DNA of 64,000 nucleotides from Escherichia coli (GTDB lineage Bacteria; Pseudomonadota; Gammaproteobacteria; Enterobacterales; Enterobacteriaceae): NCBI RefSeq assembly GCF_050320075.1, contig NZ_CP190018.1; one strand, 5' to 3'. Shown piece by piece: positions 10,990 to 20,747 of this stretch (position 1 is its first letter; each line of letters starts with the position of its first letter). The notes under the pieces were generated by a model. It saw only the letters and a program-made list of their open reading frames with translations, ran no database searches and was not told where the DNA came from. The position numbers and the translations under genes were made by a program.

Positions 10990-12105
10990 TTAATGCTGTT
11001 CCCCCTGGAGTGCTTTACTCTTCAGGTCAGCAAACATATCCGCCAGCGCTGACTTACTGGCAGCACAGACTCCCCGCTCAGTAATGAAGCCGGTAATGTA
11101 TCGGGCAGGCGTGACGTCGAAAGCGTAGTTCCCACAACGGGTTCCTTCAGGGGCGGTATTGACCCAGCTCAATTCTCCCTGAGGGTTTATCCCATAGACA
11201 TGGGACTGCTCTTTTCCGTCACGTTGCTCAATCGGAATGCTTTTTCCGTCCTCGATAGTCCAGTCAATAGTGGGAGAAGGTAACGCGACGTAGAAGGGAA
11301 CATGGTTATCATGGGCCGCCAGCGCCTTAAGATAGGTACCAATTTTATTACAGACATCCCCTCTGGCCGTGGTTCGATCGGTCCCAACAATGCAGAGATC
11401 AACGTCACCGTGTTGCATCAGGTGGCCACCCGCGTTGTCGGCGATCAGGGTGTGAGGAATACCGTGTGAGCCCAGTTCAAATGCCGTGAGTCCGCCCTGA
11501 TTACGTGGCCGCGTTTCATCCACCCAGACGTGAACAGGGATTCCGTTTTCATGCGCTTTGTAGATGGGAGAAAGCGCGGTTCCCCAGTCTACAGTCGCCA
11601 GCCAGCCTGCGTTACAATGTGTCAGGATATTGACCACACTCCCGGCCGGTTTTTTCTGGGCTATTTCGCGGATGACTTCTGTACCATGTAATCCAATTTG
11701 TTCACACAACGCGACATCTTCCTCGGCAATTTCTGCCGCCAGCGCCCAGGCCACATCCTTGCGCTCTGATACACAGAGATCCTTCAGTGTGTCTATCATC
11801 CTGTCGAGGGCCCATTTGAGATTAATTGCCGTTGGTCGGGTTTTGATAAGAAGGTCATAGTAACGCTGCAGACCCATGTCACTGGCATCGTGATTCATTC
11901 CCAGCGCGATGCCATAGGCTGCAACGACACCAATAAGCGGAGCGCCACGAACCCACATCTCCTGAATAGCCGTAGCGGCCATTTCCGCAGAGGTAAGCGC
12001 CACCACCTCGAACTTAAAAGGCAACTTAGTCTGATCGATGATTTCTACCGCTTTTCCATCCCCGGAAACCCAGACCGTACGATAGTGTTTACCTTTAATA
12101 TTCAT
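10990..12105 (-). CDS. mtnA: Methylthioribose-1-phosphate isomerase family (MtnA/eIF2B-related)
   Basis: 371 aa; MtnA-like sequence ([29 protein letters not shown]). Confidence 0.8.
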   Translation of the reverse strand: MNIKGKHYRTVWVSGDGKAVEIIDQTKLPFKFEVVALTSAEMAATAIQEMWVRGAPLIGVVAAYGIALGMNHDASDMGLQRYYDLLIKTRPTAINLKWALDRMIDTLKDLCVSERKDVAWALAAEIAEEDVALCEQIGLHGTEVIREIAQKKPAGSVVNILTHCNAGWLATVDWGTALSPIYKAHENGIPVHVWVDETRPRNQGGLTAFELGSHGIPHTLIADNAGGHLMQHGDVDLCIVGTDRTTARGDVCNKIGTYLKALAAHDNHVPFYVALPSPTIDWTIEDGKSIPIEQRDGKEQSHVYGINPQGELSWVNTAPEGTRCGNYAFDVTPARYITGFITERGVCAASKSALADMFADLKSKALQGEQH

Positions 12106-12114
12106 AATGACCTC

Positions 12115-13374
12115 TTACTTAACCTTCGCAGACTGGATGACGGAATCCATATTTTTAAACTGGCGGGCATTGACGATAAGATCGCGCGCCATGGTCAATG
12201 CACGTCGTTCACATCCTGCGCGAAGCTCTGTATTTTCAATCTGTTTCAGCTCGGCAACGCCAGCAAAACCAATGATCCGGCGATTCATTTCCATGCCGGC
12301 ATTCACCAGGGAATCTTCAAGCAGCGTGGCAAAAAACTGATCCTGTGCGTCCTCAAGAGCGGCCCTGTTCTGTTGATACATTTCTGTCGGCCACGCGTCG
12401 CCCTGTGTTTTGTTGTCCCAGAGCTGGCGGAACTCCCGGGTGAAAACGGACCAGGTTTGGACAATCTGCTGAAGCAGCCATTCCTGATAGTCAGCGCGAC
12501 GTTGCTCATTCGCATCCCACCCAGGGCGTGAGAAGTACGCCAGCAGGAGGTTGCCAATATAGTTGCCGATATCAAACGCCATTGGCCCCATGAAACCGAA
12601 CTCCGGATCAATCACTTTGGTATCCGTGTCGGTCACCATGATTGAGCCTGAATGAAGGTCGCCATGTAACAATGCCTGCGCTTCTGTCATAAATTTGTAC
12701 TTATAACGCATGGCAACCTGGATCATCTCTACATCAGCCCAGGCCTTATGGACGGCATCGTCCAGCTCAGGAGAAGTCCAGTTATTCCGTTCAGCGTTGT
12801 AATAGGGCTCTGTGAAGATCAGATCTTCCGTAATTTTGCACAGCTCATGATTCAACGCGAACTCGGCAGTAAGCGCTTTTTTCTGTTCTGCTGACATGCC
12901 AATGTCAGACGTATTGAAGAGAGTCTGTGCTAAAAATCTGCCGATATCTTCAGCTAGTTTAGGGAATTTTTTACCGTTAATCAGTTCCTTACGCAGAATC
13001 ACGTGAGGAGTCAGATACTCCATGGCAAACAGCGCCATTTCCGGGTCGTAAAAATAGACCTGCGGAATCAGTGTGTGACCCGCGTACTTGGCTTCCTGAC
13101 ATAAGACGTTGTACTCAAAGCCCGCACGGCTCAGAGATAAAGGCCATCCTTCGCCCCCTGCACGAAGCCAGGGCAGAGCTTGTTTTACAATGATGGTTTT
13201 ATGTGTCCCCTCAACGATAAACACCATGTTCAGGTTTCCGTCCCCCACTTCTGAAACTTTCCACTCTTCAGGTAACCCTCCCGGTTCGCATGAAGGGGTC
13301 AGTCTGGACGAGAGATAACCCGGCAGCGTGTCACATGTCAGCGGCTTGTAACCTGATGGAATTGAATCCGTCAT
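12115..13374 (-). CDS. mtnK: Methylthioribose kinase family (MtnK)
   Basis: 419 aa; kinase-like fold and MtnK-like length; first gene of the three-gene operon. Confidence 0.8.
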   Translation of the reverse strand: MTDSIPSGYKPLTCDTLPGYLSSRLTPSCEPGGLPEEWKVSEVGDGNLNMVFIVEGTHKTIIVKQALPWLRAGGEGWPLSLSRAGFEYNVLCQEAKYAGHTLIPQVYFYDPEMALFAMEYLTPHVILRKELINGKKFPKLAEDIGRFLAQTLFNTSDIGMSAEQKKALTAEFALNHELCKITEDLIFTEPYYNAERNNWTSPELDDAVHKAWADVEMIQVAMRYKYKFMTEAQALLHGDLHSGSIMVTDTDTKVIDPEFGFMGPMAFDIGNYIGNLLLAYFSRPGWDANEQRRADYQEWLLQQIVQTWSVFTREFRQLWDNKTQGDAWPTEMYQQNRAALEDAQDQFFATLLEDSLVNAGMEMNRRIIGFAGVAELKQIENTELRAGCERRALTMARDLIVNARQFKNMDSVIQSAKVK

Positions 13375-13410
13375 AACAGTTCTCCTTGTCTACACAGAAT
13401 GATAATCAAC

Positions 13411-13424
13411 TTGTCATGTGACAA
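13411..13424. promoter_or_regulatory. 14-bp perfect palindrome TTGTCATGTGACAA upstream of mtnK
   Basis: Perfect inverted repeat 37 bp upstream of the mtnK start codon; candidate operator. Confidence 0.2.
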
Positions 13425-13999
13425 CTATACATTATCAAATGTAAAATTATTTGTGACACATGTAGATTTTTTGAACTGTATAATATTAAAAATGATGTCG
13501 TATGGAGTCATGATCTTTACAGGAATCAGCAGAGGAAAACATCTATTATTACCATGTAATTCATGTTGTTATGTCGCAACAATAGTACTGCACGGGGAAT
13601 TATTACGGGCAAACTTAGGCGAAAGGAAGTACTGAAGTGACAGAATAAATCACACTTTTTGTACATATGTACTTTTCTATTGTCTTTTGTTGTGGAAACA
13701 AATAGTGTTTGTCATGCCGATGCTAATAGACAGATAGATTCGAGGGCCAACAGCCCCATCATCATGATGGAGCAACAGAGGTGAGTCTAACGTTTCCGCA
13801 CTTCTTATCGATCGGCACTAACGATCAATATCGATAAACTGATCTATCAAAACGATTATCTTTCTTGCAACCTGCCTGGTTATCCTTCTCTTACATTGCT
13901 CGCAGAAAAGCCCTTTTATTACGGTTAGTTATCTAGCTGAGACTTGCTACGCCCATTTTCCATGTACCCCAAATCACGAGGTCACAAAGGCGCGGAAAG

Positions 14000-14167
14000 A
14001 TGAAGAGATGTGCACGTTGCAACAAAAAAAGAAGCGTCCTTGAACAGAGGCTCTCACTCGATAAAGAATTCTGCGACGAGTGCTTATTCGATATCGATGA
14101 GGAAATCAGGGAAAGAAGGATTATCACGATCAGACGCCTCAAAGATGACAACGAAAGAAAATCGTAG
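14000..14167 (+). CDS. Small ORF (55 aa) with CxxC...CxxC zinc-ribbon-like motif
   Basis: ATG at 14000, TAG at 14165-14167; MKRCARCNKK...CDEC...; below the ORF-track size cutoff and has no homology support. Confidence 0.2.
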   Translation: MKRCARCNKKRSVLEQRLSLDKEFCDECLFDIDEEIRERRIITIRRLKDDNERKS

Positions 14168-14173
14168 CTCAAT

Positions 14174-15111
14174 ATGAAAAATGGAATCGATGTCAGCGTC
14201 ATTATCCCTGCTTACAACGCCGCTGAAACCAGCGTTAGTTTGGTTACTAAAATCCTCAGTGAACCCCACTTGGCTATTGAACTTATCATTGTCGATGACG
14301 GTTCTACTGATGAAACTGGCAACGTTCTTCGTCAAATCCACGATGATCGGCTCATTCTCATTGAGCAGGCCAATCAAGGTGTCTATGCCGCCCGAAATGC
14401 TGCTCTAGCCTTGCACCAAGGAGAATAGGTTATATTCCTTGATGCGGACGACGATATAGCAGATGGGTTCATAGAAAAAAGATGGCAGGCAGTTAGTACG
14501 TCGCAAGCCGACGTCATGATCTTTAATGGCTGGCATTCCTGTGCTGACCAACATCGAAGAGCGGTTCACAAAAAGCAGCCCTATGGTACGCCTCTGTCAG
14601 GTTATTAATGGATTAGACACTGTGTTACACACCGCGAATGGCCGCATTATCTGTGGCTGCAGATGGTCAGGCCATCCTATGTCAGGCAGCATTCACTGCG
14701 CTTCCAGTCCGGCAGGAGCCATAAAGACATTTTTTAAACGGTTCATCTTGCAGCGAGCAATGGTTGATTCTGTACATTGGATATAAAGGACTATATCTAT
14801 ATCAACAATAAGGCCTCTATCACACATCGGCCGGATTACTACGTTGTTCGTGCTATAAACTATGTTGAAGTGATCGCGAAAATCATCCAAGTAGCGGAAC
14901 AAGAACAAAACAAAAAATAAAGGTATTTTTGTACCGGCATGCGCTGGTAGAGGCACGTCATTTTTTGGGACTCTACCGCAATCGCGTTGGGGATAAATCG
15001 GGCATGAAGGACTGCTTCAAAGCGAACATATTCGCAGCCCATTTATTCAGAGGTATCAGCAGTTTTAGCGATGTGTTTTTCTTTATTAAGCTGCTGGGCA
15101 AGCTATTCTGA
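14174..15111 (+). pseudogene. Family-2 glycosyltransferase pseudogene (frameshifted)
   Basis: N-terminal GT2 signature (VSVIIPAYNAAE...IIVDDGSTDET) in an 84-aa ORF; homology continues in other frames (YIFLDADD...) across several frameshifts. Confidence 0.6.
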
Positions 15112-15452
15112 TAAGTTGTGCGTTGCTACACGACACCAGCGCACAGCTTAATTTCACGCTTTCTGACTAAATTGTTCAGGCCTTTTCTATAGGTGCAAAC
15201 ACAACTCCCCGTACTTTCCTCTTCCAACTCAAAATCATCGCACCTTGCTGACCCAAGAAGGGAGCATACCCTGCACTAGTATCCGCACAGCTAATACTCT
15301 ATTGATACCAACAACGCTTCAGCACAACAAAGTAACTCGATAATCACAACTCAAAGTGAAGATGCCAAAAACTCGTTTGAGAGCAATAAATTCAATAACA
15401 TGAAAAAAATGTATTTTGCATTGAAAATCTTACTTATTGCGCTTGGCTACAA

Positions 15453-15480
15453 TTGCATGCTTGGTAATATAGATTATAAA
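15453..15480 (+). promoter_or_regulatory. Candidate sigma-70 promoter for the McrBC-like operon
   Basis: TTGCAT (15453-15458), 16-bp spacer, TATAAA (15475-15480), about 50 bp upstream of the start; GAGG ribosome-binding site before the ATG. Confidence 0.25.
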
Positions 15481-15531
15481 ACACCAGACTAGCTGCCTGG
15501 TAAGTAATGTAATAGCAGAGGAAATATCACG

Positions 15532-17607
15532 ATGGATCTTGTAGATAGTGTCGAAGCAGGTAAGCTGACGATCAGTGAATTGATTGATGCCCTGGCGAAA
15601 GATAAAAATTACTCAGCTTCCAAGTGGGATCAGCGATACCGTGAATTTACGACCTTGCTACAACAAACCTCAACTTTTTCTGAACCTGAAACGGATGGTT
15701 TAGTCAAGAGGCTCTGGTATGAACGCGATAACGGTATTGCCAGTATTCGCCAGGGCGTTCCATCCTTAGCAGAATATCAGCAAAGCCTGCCACTGCTTAG
15801 AGAACTAACTGAACGAATTCGGCAACAGCCGGATGAAGAAACTTACCAATATGTTGGCAATGCACTACAACAAGCTAAAGAAAACGGACTTCTCAAGCGT
15901 ATGTATAGGAGTTTGAGAAATCGCGTCTTTGCCGCGTTCTCGCCAGAAAACTACACCAGTACTGTGGATGAGAATGCTTTTAGTAAAGCAGCAGAATTCC
16001 TAAATCAGCACTTCCATCTCGGTCTGGCACTGACCGGAAATTGGTTACAGAAAAACTATGAATTGAAACAAGCCATACACGCCCAATCTCCTGACACAGA
16101 TCCTTATTACGTGAATATGGCCATCTGGCATCTCTATGAATTGCTCCGTGAACGCGATAATGAACAAAAGCAGGAGAAAATAGCGAGCACTACATTCATA
16201 ACCAGCAATGAGCCCATCGAGAACAAGATCATCCTACATTCACCAACTAACGTGATCTTCTTTGGCCCCCCTGGCACTGGCAAAACCTTCAGGTTGCAGC
16301 AAAAAATGAAAGAGTACACTTCTCATGCTGTTCCAGCTGATCGTGATGCCTGGCTGGATTCTCGCCTTGAATCGTTGAATTGGATGCAGGTTATAACGCT
16401 GGTGCTGCTCGATCTTGGGAAACGAGCCAAAGTTCGCCAAATTATTGAACATATGTGGTTTCAACGTAAGGCATTATTAAACGGTCGTAATGGCAACCTA
16501 TCGAATACAGCCTGGGCAGCTTTGCAATCCTATACAGTTCCCGAGTCGTTAACCGTTGATTATAAGAATCGGCGTGAGCCTGCCGTATTTAACAAAACAG
16601 ATAACAGCGAATGGTTGCTAGTTGATTCACAGCTCGAGCAAGTGGAGGATTTGGTAGAGCTCTACGCCGAACTTAAACGAGGCCCTAAATCTGCCGAAGC
16701 CATCCAGCGTTTTGCGGTGGTTACGTTCCACCAATCTTACGGCTATGAAGAATTTATTGAAGGTATACGCGCTCGCTCTGACGAGAGTGGCAATATCTCT
16801 TATCCCATTGAGCCGGGTATCTTTATGCGCCTTTCCCAACGTGCCAATGCCGATCCAGGACATCGCTACGCCATTTTCATTGATGAGATCAATCGCGGTA
16901 ACATATCCAAGATCTTTGGTGAACTAATCTCACTCATTGAAGTAGACAAGCGTGCAGGCATGCCCAATGCAATGAGCCTACAACTGGCTTATAGCGGTGA
17001 TCACTTCAGCGTACCCGCCAATGTCGATATCATCGGAGCCATGAATACAGCGGACCGTTCTTTAGCTCTGATGGACACGGCTTTGCGCCGTCGCTTTGAC
17101 TTTGTCGAAATGATGCCCGATCTCTCTTTACTGAGTGGAGCTAAGGTGAAAGGCATAGAGCTCGAGTCGTTGTTAGAGAAACTCAATAGCCGCATCGAGG
17201 CTCTTTACGATCGTGAACATACGCTGGGGCATGCGTTCTTTATGCCGGTAAAAAATGCACTCGATGCCGGTGATGAAGAAGCTGCGTTTAAACAATTGAA
17301 GATCGCATTCCAGAAAAAGATCATTCCGCTTTTACAGGAATACTTTTTCGATGACTGGAACAAGATCCGGTTGGTGCTGGCAGACAATCAAAAGCAAGAC
17401 GACAACCTGCAATTCGTGATTGAGAAAACCGACGATCTCGATACGCTTTTTGGTAACAACCATGGTTTACGACACCATGATCAGCAATCAACAGCTTACG
17501 AACTCAAAGATTTCGATCAAGAGATCTGGAATATTCCACAGGCTTATCGTTCAATTTATCAGCCCCAGCAGACTCCCCTTGATGAGCAGGCTGTAAATCA
17601 TGGGTGA
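15532..17607 (+). CDS. McrB-family GTPase (AAA+), non-canonical N-terminal domain and insertion in the GTPase core
   Basis: Walker A GPPGTGKTF; FHQSYGYEEFIEG; Walker B IFIDEINRGN; McrB-specific MNTADRS; RRRF arginine cluster. Confidence 0.85.
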   Translation: MDLVDSVEAGKLTISELIDALAKDKNYSASKWDQRYREFTTLLQQTSTFSEPETDGLVKRLWYERDNGIASIRQGVPSLAEYQQSLPLLRELTERIRQQPDEETYQYVGNALQQAKENGLLKRMYRSLRNRVFAAFSPENYTSTVDENAFSKAAEFLNQHFHLGLALTGNWLQKNYELKQAIHAQSPDTDPYYVNMAIWHLYELLRERDNEQKQEKIASTTFITSNEPIENKIILHSPTNVIFFGPPGTGKTFRLQQKMKEYTSHAVPADRDAWLDSRLESLNWMQVITLVLLDLGKRAKVRQIIEHMWFQRKALLNGRNGNLSNTAWAALQSYTVPESLTVDYKNRREPAVFNKTDNSEWLLVDSQLEQVEDLVELYAELKRGPKSAEAIQRFAVVTFHQSYGYEEFIEGIRARSDESGNISYPIEPGIFMRLSQRANADPGHRYAIFIDEINRGNISKIFGELISLIEVDKRAGMPNAMSLQLAYSGDHFSVPANVDIIGAMNTADRSLALMDTALRRRFDFVEMMPDLSLLSGAKVKGIELESLLEKLNSRIEALYDREHTLGHAFFMPVKNALDAGDEEAAFKQLKIAFQKKIIPLLQEYFFDDWNKIRLVLADNQKQDDNLQFVIEKTDDLDTLFGNNHGLRHHDQQSTAYELKDFDQEIWNIPQAYRSIYQPQQTPLDEQAVNHG

Positions 17608-18886
17608 AGTTATCTCCGTTTTTGAATATGACCTATTGGGGAGTGACAAAGCGGCTTCAGTTGGCGCAAAACTGGTGCCTCCACTGGTCTTTAATTATTT
17701 AGAAGCGCTTAGCTTGGCAAGTAATCAAGGGAGCCAGTTCCTCAAACTCACCTCTCGCTCAGGCTTCAAATTGCTTCAGGTTCAAAACTACGCGGGGATG
17801 CTTTCAACACCTCACGGTTTCCAGCTTGAGATACTGCCCAAGGTTGGTAAAAACCTCACAGCGGCTAATGCACGTCAAACATTACTGACGATGCTAAGCC
17901 ATTTGCCTGGGTTTCGACATATTGAAACTCAGCAAGCCACTCTTCAGGCTCAGCGTATGCCTTTGCTTGAGATTTTTATTCACCAGTTTTTGCATAGCGT
18001 TAGCCAATTACTTAAACAAGGTTTACGCTCCGACTATGTGAGCGAGCAAGGTAATCTGGCTTTTATGAAGGGCAAGCTGATGCTTTCTGCACAGCTGCGA
18101 CATAACGCGGTGAATCGCCATAAGTTTTGTGTCGATTATGATGACTACATGCCTGATTGTGCAGCCAATCGGCTCTTACACTCCGCGCTAGATAAGCTTC
18201 TTAGTCTAAAGCTGTCATCAGAGAATCAACGCTGGCTTTACGAACTGCGCTTTGCGTTTGACGGTATTCCACTTAGCCGGGATATTGAACGTGATATAAA
18301 CAACTTACGCCTCGAGCGTGGTATGGCTCATTACAACGAGCCAATGGCGTGGGCGCAATTGATCCTGAGAGGAATGAGTCCGAGTGCTTTGCAGGGAAAC
18401 ACCAAAGCGATATCACTTTTGTTCCCTATGGAAGCGGTATTTGAATCCTTTGTGGCACAGACCCTACCCTACGAATTACCTTCTCATCTCAAAGTAATAC
18501 CACAAGCGGCTACTTATTCTCTTGTGAAGCACGGGTCTAACGATTGCTTTAAACTTCGGCCGGATTTGTTGATTCAGTCACGTCGACCGGTACAAACCAA
18601 ATTGGTGATGGACACAAAATGGAAGCTAATAAATAGCAACTCCCAAAAAACAACACAGTATGGGCTAGCGCAAGCCGACTTCTATCAAATGTTTGCCTAC
18701 GGTCAAAAATACCTAAATGGGATTGGCGAAATGTACTTAATCTATCCTGCGCATGATCAATTTAACCAACCGATACAGCAGCATTTTGCTTTCTCTAAAA
18801 CATTAAAACTATGGGTTGTTCCGTACCAGATAACAGCAAACCGCGGGGAGAGGATGATGTGGGTGAAGGATGTGTCCAGTATATAA
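17600..18886 (+). CDS. McrC-family PD-(D/E)xK nuclease subunit
   Basis: Start overlaps the McrB-like stop by 8 nt (ATGGGTGA); C-terminal LRPDLLI...VMDTKWK motif. Confidence 0.85.
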   Translation: MGEVISVFEYDLLGSDKAASVGAKLVPPLVFNYLEALSLASNQGSQFLKLTSRSGFKLLQVQNYAGMLSTPHGFQLEILPKVGKNLTAANARQTLLTMLSHLPGFRHIETQQATLQAQRMPLLEIFIHQFLHSVSQLLKQGLRSDYVSEQGNLAFMKGKLMLSAQLRHNAVNRHKFCVDYDDYMPDCAANRLLHSALDKLLSLKLSSENQRWLYELRFAFDGIPLSRDIERDINNLRLERGMAHYNEPMAWAQLILRGMSPSALQGNTKAISLLFPMEAVFESFVAQTLPYELPSHLKVIPQAATYSLVKHGSNDCFKLRPDLLIQSRRPVQTKLVMDTKWKLINSNSQKTTQYGLAQADFYQMFAYGQKYLNGIGEMYLIYPAHDQFNQPIQQHFAFSKTLKLWVVPYQITANRGERMMWVKDVSSI

Positions 18887-18995
18887 ATTTCTAGCCAAGC
18901 TGGCGATGAACCAGTCCTCTAAAAAATGGGTATAATCATAGTTTATTTACTAATTAAATTAATATAAAGTAATTACTTTATTATATGGAGAATTT

Positions 18996-20735
18996 ATGAA
19001 AATGGGAAAAATTGCAGTTACTCCTAATAATGATAAAGCAGCCAGCCACTCTAAAGATGAAAATTTAGCCACAAATACAATTAAGAAAAACGTAAAACCT
19101 AAATATGGCGATGCGGCATTTTTAGAGTACACTCGACTAATAGTTAACCACCCGAATTATTTTGGAATGCCAGATCCCTTTGGGGAAAAAGGTGAGATTC
19201 AATGGGAAGCTCCATCAAATAGGGCATCGGGGAAATTTAAACACACTCATCAACGGCGCTATGAATGGTGGAAAAATAAAGCCAGAAGTATTGGGATAGA
19301 CCCTGACACTGAAAAAGCATGGATTAGTAAAACAGCTAAACTAATTCATCCACTTGGAGTTAAACCATGCAAGAAATGCGGTAAAGAAATGGAATTATCT
19401 TACTCCTACCCAAATGAGCATTTCTTTTCTCGGGTTAGGAAACTTAATTATATAGATGAGACTTTTGAGCTATCTCAAAATGAACACATAGTTGATTTGT
19501 TGACTCGTTTAGATGATAGATTTGGTGAAAGAATATATTTAGATTTACCACATTTATTTTCTACAAAATCCATCACGATTCCAGATATTTCAAGCAATCT
19601 CGAAGCATGGATTGAGTATCTAAAAGAACAATACATACCTCAAGAATCACGTATGCTTAGCCCTGGAGCCATGGCAAATCCTCCAGATCGTTTTGATGGA
19701 TTTCATTCATTTAACCGCTGTTGTCGCTCTATTGCTGATAAAGGAAGGACCAAAGAAAATCTTAAATCTTATGTTACTGACAGAAGAGTTTTCGAATATT
19801 GGGTGGATGGTGATTGGGTAGCGGCAGACAGGCTAATGGGCCAAGTTAGAACAAATAATATATTTATTAACGAGGAATGTTTGAATGCCGGAAATGGTGG
19901 TTTACATCCAACTCCTTGCCAAGCAGATCACATTGGCCCAATCTCACTAGGGTTTTCCCATCGCCCACAATTTCAACTACTTTGCAAATCATGTAATAGT
20001 GCCAAAAACAATCGTATGTATTTAAGTGATATAATCTCTTTATTAGAAGCTGAGAATGAAGGTCATACGGTTATTTCATGGTTCGCAGAAGAAGTATGGA
20101 ATCGACTAAAACACTCTGTAGATGATAGTGAAAAAGCCTTAAGACTAAGTAAAATACTACGTGATAATAGACATACATATATGAATCTTCTTAAAAAAAT
20201 AATGGATGAAGGTTATTATACTTTCCTTGCAAGTCTTTTACATCTTGAGGTAGCCAATTATAACCCAATATTTGAGGGATTATGCATTTCAAATCATTTA
20301 ACTCATTATAAATCATTAAAAAAAATAAAACGTGAATCAAAATATGCTGCTGTGCAAAAAACAAGACGAATCAGAATAGCATTTACTTCATTGAATGATT
20401 ATCATAGAAAAGAAAATCGGAACGCATTTATTGTATCAAATGAATTATCTGAGAAGTTTTTCTCTGAAGCTATGGATAATTTAAAATCATTAAGTGAAAT
20501 TACATCTTGCTTAGATGAAAAAATATCCGGAATAATATCTGAGAATTCAGATTCAAAAAATGAATTTCGAACAATCATTACAGATCTACGAGAAATAGTG
20601 ACAAACAATAAAGAAAAATTCAACTTGATATTAAAATATCTAATATCAGGGATGAGCGAAATAGGAAAAGAACTGGAATCATATTGGGAAAATGATCGTT
20701 ATGTTCGCTCAATCCCAGAAGAATTTATAGAGTAA
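18996..20735 (+). CDS. Putative HNH-type restriction endonuclease (type IIS-like)
   Basis: 579 aa, AT-rich; HNH-like signature (CQADHIGP...CKSCNSAKNN) plus upstream CKKCGK; convergent with two methyltransferase genes; GGAG ribosome-binding site. Confidence 0.55.
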   Translation: MKMGKIAVTPNNDKAASHSKDENLATNTIKKNVKPKYGDAAFLEYTRLIVNHPNYFGMPDPFGEKGEIQWEAPSNRASGKFKHTHQRRYEWWKNKARSIGIDPDTEKAWISKTAKLIHPLGVKPCKKCGKEMELSYSYPNEHFFSRVRKLNYIDETFELSQNEHIVDLLTRLDDRFGERIYLDLPHLFSTKSITIPDISSNLEAWIEYLKEQYIPQESRMLSPGAMANPPDRFDGFHSFNRCCRSIADKGRTKENLKSYVTDRRVFEYWVDGDWVAADRLMGQVRTNNIFINEECLNAGNGGLHPTPCQADHIGPISLGFSHRPQFQLLCKSCNSAKNNRMYLSDIISLLEAENEGHTVISWFAEEVWNRLKHSVDDSEKALRLSKILRDNRHTYMNLLKKIMDEGYYTFLASLLHLEVANYNPIFEGLCISNHLTHYKSLKKIKRESKYAAVQKTRRIRIAFTSLNDYHRKENRNAFIVSNELSEKFFSEAMDNLKSLSEITSCLDEKISGIISENSDSKNEFRTIITDLREIVTNNKEKFNLILKYLISGMSEIGKELESYWENDRYVRSIPEEFIE

Positions 20736-20747
20736 GACATAGCCCTC

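Noticed and set aside
10318-13374. Complete canonical methionine salvage pathway
   Set aside because: Only the kinase, isomerase and aldolase-type genes are present; no enolase-phosphatase, dioxygenase or aminotransferase homologues are in the window, and the third gene looks like a class II aldolase.
18927-18936. Perfect TATAAT hexamer upstream of the endonuclease gene as a strong promoter
   Set aside because: No convincing -35 element at the proper spacing and the region is generally AT-rich, so the hexamer alone is weak evidence.
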